IMG/VR virus record: IMGVR_UViG_3300045988_175974 | Direction: 5' to 3' (one strand) | Source of the DNA: a virus | Length of the DNA: 64,000 nucleotides | Shown here: piece after piece, positions 1 to 8,065 of the stretch | Numbering within the stretch: position 1 is the stretch's first letter | How the letters are laid out: each line of letters opens with the position of its first letter | Notes under the pieces: generated by a model | What the model saw: only the letters and a program-made list of their open reading frames with translations | What the model was told of the DNA's origin: nothing | Database searches by the model: none | Translations under genes and position numbers: made by a program

Positions 1-1033
1 TGTCAGAGTAATCCTGGCGAAGTTGGTCTATGCGCTCCTTGATGCCTTTCACTCTCGTCTGGGTAGATAGCTTATCCTTGCGAAGGATATACTTGATGCG
101 GGCATCGGCTTCAGCCTTGTGCTTGGCGGCTGCATCACGGGCTGCTTTTACTTCCGGACGGTCGTTGGCAATCTTCTCGGCTACCTGCTCGGCAAAACGA
201 GGGTCACGAGACAGCGCCTTCTCAAAGAATGGCTTAAACTGGGTGCGGAGAGTCTGAGGGTCGATGGTGAAGGCCTTCTTTGCGTAAGCGATGTATTCAG
301 GGTCTCCAGTCTTCTCGCTCAGTCTCAGATAGCATTCGCCCATCTCTCTATCTACAGCCTTAAAGATTTCCGGAAGAATATCGCTTTCGATTTCTACGGC
401 TCTTGTGGCTAGTTCGGCAATCTCAGCCTCGGTATAGATGGCGCTTTTACCCTGCGAGATAGCTTTCTCGTTGGCTTCTGCCATGGTCTTCGCATGCTCT
501 GCCTTGCTTGCCATTTCACTACGGAGGTCACGCACGGTGTTCACCTGCTCCTGAAGGGCAGTAGAGAGGAACGGACGCAACTGCATCAGGTTGGGCATGG
601 TAGCAGCGATACTTTCGCCGTTAGGGTTGGCTACGATACCATTATAGGTAAGCGGCTGTACGGTGGTGTCCGGTTTCAGATTAGGGAAGAGAGACTGCTT
701 CGCCTCTTCCATGGCTTTCTTTTTCTGAAGTTCGGCATAGGCTTCCTGTTCCTGTTTGGTTGGGCGACCTACACGTCGCTTGTCGGCAGCAGATGATGAT
801 GCAGCGTTGGCTTGAGAGCTGCTGTAGCTATTCAGATAGGCGATCATCTGTCGGGTACGGCGATGATAGTCTTTAAACTTACGTGAGTTCTCGATAAACG
901 AGTGTGCATTACTTGCACCTTCCAGGAGAGACAATCCCTGCTCATAGGCATCTTTCTGCTCCTGGGTAAGCATTCTTGCACCGATGGCAGGTTTCAAAAT
1001 GTTGATGATTTCCTGTAATGATAAATTTTCCAT
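1..1033 (-). CDS. hypothetical protein, 3' end cut by window edge (coiled-coil rich); absent from supplied ORF track
   Basis: Manual translation: ATG at 1033-1031 (MENLSLQEIINILKPAIG...). I checked every codon down to base 2 and found no stop. Same-strand continuation of the array after 1076..2236. Confidence 0.6.
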   Translation of the reverse strand, partial: MENLSLQEIINILKPAIGARMLTQEQKDAYEQGLSLLEGASNAHSFIENSRKFKDYHRRTRQMIAYLNSYSSSQANAASSSAADKRRVGRPTKQEQEAYAELQKKKAMEEAKQSLFPNLKPDTTVQPLTYNGIVANPNGESIAATMPNLMQLRPFLSTALQEQVNTVRDLRSEMASKAEHAKTMAEANEKAISQGKSAIYTEAEIAELATRAVEIESDILPEIFKAVDREMGECYLRLSEKTGDPEYIAYAKKAFTIDPQTLRTQFKPFFEKALSRDPRFAEQVAEKIANDRPEVKAARDAAAKHKAEADARIKYILRKDKLSTQTRVKGIKERIDQLRQDYSD

Positions 1034-1075
1034 AAATCCTTATTTTTGTTGTTTATTTGAAAATTACGAATATTT

Positions 1076-2236
1076 TTAGCACAGAATAGGGGTTACGAAG
1101 ATACGAGAACCTTTTTGGTTGTTGTCGTAGCCTTCGCTGCCGCCCTTGTCATTCGATGATGAAGCACTGGAGGCGTTACTCGTCGATGAGGAGGAGCCGC
1201 CTTCTGTGGCGCTATCAGCTTTGGCTGCATCGAGTTTCGCTTGCGCTTCGGCTTCCTCTTTCTTCAGCAACCGATGAATGCTTTCCCTTACGGTAATGGC
1301 ATCATTGTGCGCGGTGGAGCGGGTAAGCTTATCGAAACTGATAACTGATGTACGCTCCTTGAGATAGGCAGCTACAAGTTGACGTGCCTTCTTCAGCATC
1401 TTGTCGTTCTCGTCGGCCTGCAAGAGACGAGGAATAAAATCTTCGCCAAACGCTTCTTCCAGATATTCGCTCTGAATAAAAAGCATATCAGGGATGAGAC
1501 GGACGAACTTATCTCTGTTGCCGTAAATATCGAGATACGGCTGTAAAGACTCGCAAGTAGGGAAAAGCAAATCACGATGGTAGTAGTAGTACTTACTTTC
1601 CTGCCAGAGGGTTACGATTTTCTCTATCGCCTCATGCTGCTTCTTCTCGGCTTCGGCTGCATCATCTTTGCCGCTATCTGTTCCTTCATCTGTTCCTTCG
1701 GATGAGGAACCTTGGTTGCTGCCATCTGAAGGAGTACTGCCCTCTGCACCATCGCCCGCTGCCCCGATAGGCATAGGTGTATTCACTTCCTTTGCCCATC
1801 CCTCCAAGAGGGAAAGCAGGTTATTGAGCGAGGTCATTGCCGACTGGCGGTAGCTTTCCTTGCCCTGCGCTATCTGCTTGTCGGTAGCTACGGCATAGTC
1901 GTTGCTGGAGGCTACGTTGATACCGGAGCCATTGACAGAGAGCGCTTGCTTCTCGATGTTCTGCGCCATCGCATCATTTACAATCATGCGCTGGGCATAA
2001 AGCAGAAGCTCATTCCAGGGGTCGTTGACGTAGGTACCATCAGCAACCGCATCGCAGAAGATTAAGGGTTCTATGCTCGCATACTGCTTGCAGAGACGGT
2101 CGTATAGGGATGCTCCCAGGCGAGGCTTCAAGAAGTCCTTTTCGCTATTGTCGAGCATACCCTGCAGGTTGGCTACCTCGTCCACGGCATTGCTGGGGAG
2201 GTGGAGCCTGAGTTCTTGATTCGTGAAGAGTATCAT
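1076..2236 (-). CDS. hypothetical protein (head-module neighbour of portal)
   Basis: 386-aa ORF with internal Ser/Gly/Asp low-complexity stretches. Starts 28 nt after hairpin repeat copy 1. No recognisable motif. Confidence 0.6.
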   Translation of the reverse strand: MILFTNQELRLHLPSNAVDEVANLQGMLDNSEKDFLKPRLGASLYDRLCKQYASIEPLIFCDAVADGTYVNDPWNELLLYAQRMIVNDAMAQNIEKQALSVNGSGINVASSNDYAVATDKQIAQGKESYRQSAMTSLNNLLSLLEGWAKEVNTPMPIGAAGDGAEGSTPSDGSNQGSSSEGTDEGTDSGKDDAAEAEKKQHEAIEKIVTLWQESKYYYYHRDLLFPTCESLQPYLDIYGNRDKFVRLIPDMLFIQSEYLEEAFGEDFIPRLLQADENDKMLKKARQLVAAYLKERTSVISFDKLTRSTAHNDAITVRESIHRLLKKEEAEAQAKLDAAKADSATEGGSSSSTSNASSASSSNDKGGSEGYDNNQKGSRIFVTPILC

Positions 2237-2263
2237 TTTTTTTGCTTTTACGTTATTATATAT

Positions 2264-2296
2264 GGGCCCAGCGATAGAATCGCTGGGAACGGGGGC
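2264..2296 (+). repeat. hairpin repeat copy 1
   Basis: gggcccagcgatagaatcgctgggaacgggggc; 9-bp stem, AGA loop. Ends 3 nt before the portal stop codon (2300-2302) and lies 28 nt upstream of ATG 2236. Confidence 0.95.
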
Positions 2297-2299
2297 GGG

Positions 2300-4003
2300 T
2301 TAAGAGGCTTCTTGTTTCGCCACTCCGGTCTTCGAGTTATCGAGGGTGGTTAATACCTCTCGGTCTATCTGCCACACCAGGTGCTCGTCCCAATCGTTGA
2401 ATCGGCTCAAAACTTCCAATGGGCGTATCATCAACTGCTGCAATGGGGCAAACTGAATCTGTTTTACCAGGAAACGTTCTCTCAGGTCGGTACCGCCCGA
2501 TGATGCCGTATCGCCAGGAGTATTACCGATGAGCTTTGCATCAAGACCCATGGCAAAGAAAATAATACTACTTATTTCCTGCAACTCGGTTTTGTCGGCA
2601 TTCGCCTGATCATTTGCCTTGGTTTCGATTTCCACGATTTCCCAAGCTTTGTGCTCTTTCCCATCGCTGCCCGTGAAGGCAGAGGAAATGAGCGCCTGAC
2701 CTGCATTATCGGGATTGGCGAGCCATGTATTGATAGAGGTGAAGATTTCGTTCTGAATCTCACCATGGGTTTTCTTTTTCTTCTCACCCTGCTGCTGATA
2801 GAGCCTGCTAATATAGTCCTGGTGGATATAGATGACACGACCGATGATGTTGCTGTTGCGCTTCCGGGTGAGGCGATCATCTACGATGGTGAAGGCATAC
2901 TCAAAAATGCTGCCGGCAAAGATGGAGTGCCAAAGGGCATCGGCATAGTATGGACCGCCGAAATCTCTTGGTGACATGATGAAGCGGGTAGGGCGTTTCT
3001 TGCGGCTTACCTGCTTCTGACGTGCCTCACGGATATTGCGCTGCAAATCCTTTACGGCTGATGTGGTAGGGAGATAAGGGATAGCCGCTATCTTGCGGTC
3101 TTCCTCTTTCTGCACGCCGACGTATTGGGTAGGGTCGAGCCACTGATTGCTGACGTAGGCATAGTTGATGCGGTAGTTCTCGTCCATGCGCTCCAGTCGG
3201 GTAGTGAAGATGCTGCGATGCTTCAGACCGATTACCTTCGGGGTCCATTGGGCAGTAGGAACAGCTTTGCCGCTTTCGTCGAGGGAACGCTGATTGAGCT
3301 GAAGTTCTACAAAGCATTGTGACATCAAAGCCATATCTCCTGCCAAATCGAGGAAGGTCTGCATCAGGTCGTTGTTTTCGATGAAATCGCGAACCTGGGC
3401 ATTGGTTTCTTCCCATTTGTGGAGGGCTTCTTTCAGAGATTTCATCTCCTCGCTTTCCTCTTCCTTGGCTTTCAGGTCAGCTATCTGACCACGGAGCAGG
3501 ACTCCTGCACTCTCGTAGGGGATATATTTCTCTGTGATGTTGCCGCCAACGTACTGGGTGTAATGATACTTGGCTGCGGGACCGCGACCTACCAGTATTT
3601 TCTTGATGTAATCTACTCCTGCTGCTGTGAAAGGCGACATGCGCGAGAGCATCCAGATAAGGTTTGGCAGTCGGTTGGCCATACCCCATTCCATAAAGCC
3701 TAAGCCTTCGGTACCTACGCCTTTTGGTTTGCCCAGGTTCTCGCCGCCACTTGATGCAAAGATAGTGGAAACCTGCTGCCGTGCTGCGGAACCGCCTGCG
3801 TCGCCACCACTTGCCGACATACCGGCTGTGGTTAGGAGCATGCCGTGAACGTAGTCGTTCCAGGAAAAGACTTTACCGCCGCCATTTTTAAGCGGCGTAA
3901 AGGCATCCGGGCGAACGGCTACATAGCCTGCATCTTTCAGTTCCTCACTACGATTTTGGAGCTGCTGCAGGTTGGTTACTCTGTTTTTGTTTTTGCTTGC
4001 CAT
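2300..4003 (-). CDS. putative portal protein
   Basis: 567-aa ORF. The call rests on size, head-module context and a region (MEWGMANRLPNLIWMLSRMSPFTAAGVDYIKKILVGRG) that resembles portal families from memory. Not verified by search. Confidence 0.5.
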   Translation of the reverse strand: MASKNKNRVTNLQQLQNRSEELKDAGYVAVRPDAFTPLKNGGGKVFSWNDYVHGMLLTTAGMSASGGDAGGSAARQQVSTIFASSGGENLGKPKGVGTEGLGFMEWGMANRLPNLIWMLSRMSPFTAAGVDYIKKILVGRGPAAKYHYTQYVGGNITEKYIPYESAGVLLRGQIADLKAKEEESEEMKSLKEALHKWEETNAQVRDFIENNDLMQTFLDLAGDMALMSQCFVELQLNQRSLDESGKAVPTAQWTPKVIGLKHRSIFTTRLERMDENYRINYAYVSNQWLDPTQYVGVQKEEDRKIAAIPYLPTTSAVKDLQRNIREARQKQVSRKKRPTRFIMSPRDFGGPYYADALWHSIFAGSIFEYAFTIVDDRLTRKRNSNIIGRVIYIHQDYISRLYQQQGEKKKKTHGEIQNEIFTSINTWLANPDNAGQALISSAFTGSDGKEHKAWEIVEIETKANDQANADKTELQEISSIIFFAMGLDAKLIGNTPGDTASSGGTDLRERFLVKQIQFAPLQQLMIRPLEVLSRFNDWDEHLVWQIDREVLTTLDNSKTGVAKQEAS

Positions 4004-4097
4004 TTTTGCGTTTCTTTTTATATGTTATCCTGAATGTGATTGAAAGAGAGAATGGTGGCGATATACGCACACCCGCTTTTTCTCTTGTTTCTGAGTG

Positions 4098-4133
4098 TAA
4101 AGTTAGGGCTTTTTATGGTTTTAGTGGGGACAA
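4098..4133 (-). promoter_or_regulatory. TTGTCCC-N21-TAnnTTT(A) promoter-like motif P1 (upstream of portal)
   Basis: Minus strand reads TTGTCCCCACTAAAACCATAAAAAGCCCTAACTTTA. Spacing is identical to the six other copies. Confidence 0.55.
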
Positions 4134-4142
4134 AGAGGGGAT

Positions 4143-4171
4143 GGGACCAGCGATAGAATCGCTGGGAACGG
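4143..4171 (+). repeat. hairpin repeat copy 2
   Basis: gggaccagcgatagaatcgctgggaacgg; 9 nt upstream (in minus sense) of motif P1, 140 nt upstream of portal ATG 4003. Confidence 0.95.
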
Positions 4172-4183
4172 ATGCTCCTCTTC

Positions 4184-4342
4184 TTATTCATAATTGATAA
4201 TGATCATAAAATCCTTGGCGATGGAGGAAATAGCGTTACTGATACTTTCTCCGATTTCAAGCCTTTGGGAGTGAGGGTTGGAGTACCAATCACCATCGGC
4301 TCTGCCTCTGCTTGCGCAGGTTCTTATTCGTATTGCTGCCAT
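4184..4342 (-). CDS. small ORF, 52 aa (MAAIRIRTCASRGRADGDWYSNPHSQ...MIIINYE)
   Basis: Manual translation; below the 60-aa cutoff of the track. Ends with the recurrent TATGAATAA junction. Confidence 0.3.
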   Translation of the reverse strand: MAAIRIRTCASRGRADGDWYSNPHSQRLEIGESISNAISSIAKDFMIIINYE

Positions 4343-4375
4343 AAAAGATTATCTTTTGTTACGGTGGAAATGCAG

Positions 4376-4507
4376 TTACTCCAGGGGGTAAGGGCTTGGG
4401 CGATGATACTTATCCTTATAACGACAACCGCCTCTGTCGCCGTGTATCTTGCGATATGCCTTCGCTTCCTCAGTTCGATAGTGGGTGATGATGGCTTGCT
4501 TAATCAT
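4376..4507 (-). CDS. small ORF, 43 aa (MIKQAIITHYRTEEAKAYRKIHGDRGG...)
   Basis: Manual translation. N-terminus is paralogous to the next small ORF (MIK..I.H..RTE.AK..RK). Confidence 0.35.
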   Translation of the reverse strand: MIKQAIITHYRTEEAKAYRKIHGDRGGCRYKDKYHRPSPYPLE

Positions 4508-4510
4508 ATT

Positions 4511-4687
4511 TTATTCATAACTAAAGGCAAGGAGATTGTCCTTTGTATGGAAGGTGCCGATACACTGCATCAAGAAGCTGTCACGAAAAAAGATGGTTTT
4601 ATCCCGATAATCGTTGGTGCCGGTTTGCTTACGTACTTCCTTGGCGTGCTCTGTTCTCGCCTCGTGAATGGCTAATATCTTAATCAT
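4511..4687 (-). CDS. small ORF, 58 aa (MIKILAIHEARTEHAKEVRKQTGTNDY...LLAFSYE)
   Basis: Manual translation. Start overlaps the stop of the upstream small ORF (TATGATTAA). Paralogous to 4376..4507. Confidence 0.4.
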   Translation of the reverse strand: MIKILAIHEARTEHAKEVRKQTGTNDYRDKTIFFRDSFLMQCIGTFHTKDNLLAFSYE

Positions 4688-4781
4688 ATTCTATTAATAC
4701 GAAAGGTGGCATATCATTAGGATCATCCTCCTCCTCTTCGTGAGGAGGAATGCTGCCTTTATCTATTATAACCTTATTCAT
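4680..4781 (-). CDS. small acidic ORF, 33 aa (MNKVIIDKGSIPPHEEEEDDPNDMPPFVLIEYD)
   Basis: Manual translation; overlapping start/stop junctions on both sides. Confidence 0.3.
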   Translation of the reverse strand: MNKVIIDKGSIPPHEEEEDDPNDMPPFVLIEYD

Positions 4782-4917
4782 ACTCTGTTAATATTGCCGC
4801 AGCCTTCGTCTGCGAGTTTGTATTTGGAAGGATATTCGACTCTCCATCCTTGGAGTAGTGAGCCGTGATAACATTCAGAATACCAGGAGGAGTGTTGATT
4901 GTTATGATGCTAACCAT
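4774..4917 (-). CDS. small ORF, 47 aa (MVSIITINTPPGILNVITAHYSKDG...AAILTEYE)
   Basis: Manual translation, 48 codons counted. Confidence 0.3.
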   Translation of the reverse strand: MVSIITINTPPGILNVITAHYSKDGESNILPNTNSQTKAAAILTEYE

Positions 4918-4922
4918 ACTTT

Positions 4923-5072
4923 CTAATCATACTCTAATAATATTTTCGGTTTATCTACATCATGCCCTTTGCCCCCTCCACATAGGCATAAAGCGATACC
5001 TTTCGGGTGAACAATTATGCCGTTTTGGGATGGACTATAAGAGCCAAGGATGATAGGACGATTACAAATCAT
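4923..5072 (-). CDS. mini-ORF, 49 aa, resembling the TL segment of a C5-methyltransferase target-recognition domain
   Basis: MICNRPIILGSYSPSQNGIIVHPKGIALCLCGGGKGHDVDKPKILLEYD. The Q..-I-..-GIA-.-.-L-..-GGG pattern resembles M.HhaI-type QGERIYSTRGIAITLSAYGGG (from memory). Its ATG overlaps the TGA of 5069..6367 (ATGA). Confidence 0.45.
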   Translation of the reverse strand: MICNRPIILGSYSPSQNGIIVHPKGIALCLCGGGKGHDVDKPKILLEYD

Positions 5073-6367
5073 TTCTTCTCCAAAAACTGATGATACATAC
5101 TTTCCAACTTAGGATTTGAGAACTTGCCGTTTTCTTTCCAATCGTTGAACAACGTCATTACGTCGGTATGGATGGAAGAAAGCTTTTCCTGCATCTCTTT
5201 CGGAGTGTGGTACCAAAGATGCGACTCTTTCGTGAAGAGGGTGAGGATGGCTTTCAATGCCATGGCGTTCTCATGGCTCGGCTCTATCTCAAACTGATGG
5301 AAGACGCAGGTGTCTTTATCGTTTGCCTGAAGGAACTTGCTGACGGCTTCATCTTTCAGGAAGAACCTTATATCTACTTCTTCCTGCAACACATCTTCCA
5401 ACTTTCTCTTCAGCGGAATAGGGTCTGGGAACTGATAATCGAAGGCTACATCTTTTCTCATTGAGAGACAGAAAACACGGTCACGGTTCTGCGGAACACC
5501 ATAGTCTTTGGCATTGAGGCGTGCCCATCGGCTTACGTAGCCGAGAGAAGAGAGTTTATCAAGCCACTTCTGAAAATCGGGCATAAACTTTTCGCTTACC
5601 AGGGCTGCCACGTTCTCCTGGAGCAGATACTTCGGACGCAAAACTTCTACGGCATCGGCTACTCTCCACAATAATGCCGAGCGGGTATCGGAGCCTTCCT
5701 TCAAGCCCATCTGCTTGCCGGCTTGCGATATATCCTGACAAGGTGAGGAATAGGTGAAAAGGTCGATTCCTTGCCCCCCCACATTATTCTTTACCTGTTG
5801 CCAGTCGATTTTGGTTATATCGCCCAAGGCTTTGTCAGCAAACTGCGGAAAGATAAGGTCGTGCATCTGACAGGCGTATTTGTCTATATCGCTCCAGCCT
5901 ACACATGTCCAACGGAAATCAGGATGCTGCTGGGCAAGGACATCGGCTGCCATGAGCTGCGAGTCATAACCGGAGAAGGTGGTGAGAATAAGTTTTTCAC
6001 CGTGGTTCTTATCTACCGGATAGGGTGGAAGTTGGTCTTTTGGGAAGAAATCGGCAAAGAAAGAGGTCTGCGTCTCACGCTTTGGCTCTTTCGGATACCA
6101 GAGTTGCTGATAGATGGCTGCGAGCACATCTACCACGATGGAGTTACCTGCTTGCTTGTATTGCTGACTGGCTGATACTGCCATATCTTCTGCCTTTCCC
6201 TTGCTCTTATAGCCAGCTACTCGCTCGGCTGCCTGGGCATTGGTACTCTGCATCGTGCGAATTACATCATCTCGCACACCCATCAATCGGAAACACTCGA
6301 AAGGTGTCAGCTTTCGGATGGCATAAGACTTAATGGTTTTATCCTTGAAATTGAACTTTGTTATCAT
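5069..6367 (-). CDS. DNA (cytosine-5)-methyltransferase with circularly permuted motif order
   Basis: Motifs read from the protein: IX RKLTPFECFRLMG and X QAGNSIVV at the N-terminus, followed by I LTTFSGYDS, IV YSSPCQDIS, VI LLQENV and VIII VPQNRDRVF. Confidence 0.85.
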   Translation of the reverse strand: MITKFNFKDKTIKSYAIRKLTPFECFRLMGVRDDVIRTMQSTNAQAAERVAGYKSKGKAEDMAVSASQQYKQAGNSIVVDVLAAIYQQLWYPKEPKRETQTSFFADFFPKDQLPPYPVDKNHGEKLILTTFSGYDSQLMAADVLAQQHPDFRWTCVGWSDIDKYACQMHDLIFPQFADKALGDITKIDWQQVKNNVGGQGIDLFTYSSPCQDISQAGKQMGLKEGSDTRSALLWRVADAVEVLRPKYLLQENVAALVSEKFMPDFQKWLDKLSSLGYVSRWARLNAKDYGVPQNRDRVFCLSMRKDVAFDYQFPDPIPLKRKLEDVLQEEVDIRFFLKDEAVSKFLQANDKDTCVFHQFEIEPSHENAMALKAILTLFTKESHLWYHTPKEMQEKLSSIHTDVMTLFNDWKENGKFSNPKLESMYHQFLEKK

Positions 6368-6421
6368 TTTGTTTTGCTCTATAAATCGTTAATCAAAGGC
6401 TGTTGTCTAACCATATACAAA

Positions 6422-6793
6422 TCAAGAGAACGAGTCAGGCTCCAAATTGGCAATATAACAATAACGCTGCACGTCGTTTTCGCTAATGAACATTTGCCAA
6501 TTCTGTTCGTCGTGGGAGAAATGTTCATGCACAAAATGAGTGCCATCGCGTCGCCAACAAAGAAGCGACCCTATGCAATGCGGTTTCTCTCTGGCTGGGT
6601 GCAACAGTTGAACAATGTTGCGATATTCTGCTGTTTCATTCACTTCTTCATCACAAAGGGACACATTTTTGACGCTTATGCCATTTGCTTCATTCTCAAG
6701 ACAAACTACATCTTCTGTTGTCTGACTTTCTATCATTTCAAGAGCCTTTGATGATAAGAATATCACGTTAGGCAGTCTGTTGTTTCTTTCCAT
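6422..6793 (-). CDS. hypothetical protein
   Basis: 123-aa ORF in the same-strand array; no motif recognised. Confidence 0.5.
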   Translation of the reverse strand: MERNNRLPNVIFLSSKALEMIESQTTEDVVCLENEANGISVKNVSLCDEEVNETAEYRNIVQLLHPAREKPHCIGSLLCWRRDGTHFVHEHFSHDEQNWQMFISENDVQRYCYIANLEPDSFS

Positions 6794-6815
6794 AATCTTA
6801 TTGTTTTTATAATCA

Positions 6816-7922
6816 TTATTTCCCTCTCCTCATCTTTTCCATTTCCTCATTCTCTTTCGACAACCTTTCCAGGTGTTCGAGAACCAGGGAATAGGATTGA
6901 GTGTTGACCTGATCTTCTGTTAGGCCGGCATACTTTTGCATCGTAGCGGTGGTGGCGGTGTAGATTTCCATCGGGGTTTGCAGCTTCTTATTATCTACCT
7001 TCTGCACCTTGAATACATGAGGGTAGCGATGGGCTAGGGTGTGCATGATGCCACTCCACCAGAAGAGGATAACCTGCCAGTTGGCTTCCGGATATTTGAC
7101 GAAATAACCTGCGTTCTCGGTAAACTGCTTTGACTCGTAATGAAAATCGTATTTCGTGATGCCTGTTGTCGGGTCGACGTACTGGGTGGTGGTGTTGAAG
7201 ATGGTGGCAAGGAACATGTTTCTGGCACTGGCTACACTCTGGGCTTGCGTCTGGAGTTGTTCCTCGGTGAACTTATTCATCTGCTTCATCTTTACCAGAT
7301 TATTGCTTAACTTAGTGTAGGTCTGCATCATATCACTGGCAAAACGGTATTGCTGCCAGGAGAAGCCATCGAGGTCTTGGTGCGGACCTTGGAAGGCTTT
7401 TGCACGACGGTACCACTTGGTTTTCTGCCGGATAGATGGATAGGGGAAGCGGGTGAGGAAATTACCGCTATCTGCATCCAGCCAGTCGAGAAGACCTGCG
7501 CCCTGAGCGATGTACTCAGGGGAGGTCTTATCATCGGTCTTGGCTTTCGAGGAGAGCCAATAGTTGAGCTGCCAGAGATAGAGGGGGAAGGGGATAGCCG
7601 ATTGGGTACCAGCGATAGAATCGCTGGGAACAGGGGTACAGATGGTGAGGAGCTTCTTCAGGAGGCTCTTCTTCTGCGGCTCTATGCTTACCAGGTAGTG
7701 CTGCTCATTGATGGGCAGACGAGGGTCGGGGTAGGCATTGATGCTTATCCCCGCAAAAAGGAAGAAAACGGCTATCTTCACCTTCTGCATATCGAAGGGG
7801 TGATAGCGGTCTGCCTTGGATTTCTCTATCTGCTCCAGCATGATGAGGGCAATCTGCTCTAGCTGGGAAGGGGTGCATTGGTTCCAGCCCTTTGGAATTG
7901 TAAGATTTATTTGTTCTTGCAT
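6816..7922 (-). CDS. hypothetical protein (contains hairpin repeat copy 3 in frame)
   Basis: 368-aa ORF; the repeat is translated as TPVPSDSIAGTQ. Confidence 0.6.
   Translation of the reverse strand: MQEQINLTIPKGWNQCTPSQLEQIALIMLEQIEKSKADRYHPFDMQKVKIAVFFLFAGISINAYPDPRLPINEQHYLVSIEPQKKSLLKKLLTICTPVPSDSIAGTQSAIPFPLYLWQLNYWLSSKAKTDDKTSPEYIAQGAGLLDWLDADSGNFLTRFPYPSIRQKTKWYRRAKAFQGPHQDLDGFSWQQYRFASDMMQTYTKLSNNLVKMKQMNKFTEEQLQTQAQSVASARNMFLATIFNTTTQYVDPTTGITKYDFHYESKQFTENAGYFVKYPEANWQVILFWWSGIMHTLAHRYPHVFKVQKVDNKKLQTPMEIYTATTATMQKYAGLTEDQVNTQSYSLVLEHLERLSKENEEMEKMRRGK
7605..7636 (+). repeat. hairpin repeat copy 3 (intragenic)
   Basis: ggtaccagcgatagaatcgctgggaacagggg, inside 6816..7922. Confidence 0.95.
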
Positions 7923-7941
7923 ATTCTTAATTTTTAAAGGT

Positions 7942-8045
7942 AAAAAAGCTTTTGCCCTTACAGGGCGACTTACTGATTGCTATTATACCCAGGGTGCTGC
8001 CCTGGGCTAGGAGCTTCTGCCCTTTCAGGGCGTGTGGGGTTAAGG
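7942..8045 (+). repeat. three-hairpin ~105-bp palindromic element, copy A
   Basis: Hairpins GCCCTtaCAGGGC (7954-7966), CCCAGGGtgctgCCCTGGG (7988-8006) and GCCCTttCAGGGC (8019-8031). Near-identical inverted copy at 62306-62412. Confidence 0.9.
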
Positions 8046-8065
8046 TTCTTTTTACCTTTTTACCT

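Noticed and set aside
30-796. Plus-strand ORFs 30..257, 119..412 and 494..796, and the many similar plus-strand ORFs throughout the window.
   Set aside because: They lie antisense to long uninterrupted minus-strand frames. Here that is the partial CDS 1..1033, which I verified codon by codon. They have no motifs and look like shadow ORFs.
4172-4675. 167-aa plus-strand ORF as the gene filling the methyltransferase-portal gap.
   Set aside because: It has low-complexity composition. The minus strand instead carries a coherent chain of overlapping small ORFs with paralogy and a recurring junction motif, in the same orientation as all neighbouring genes.
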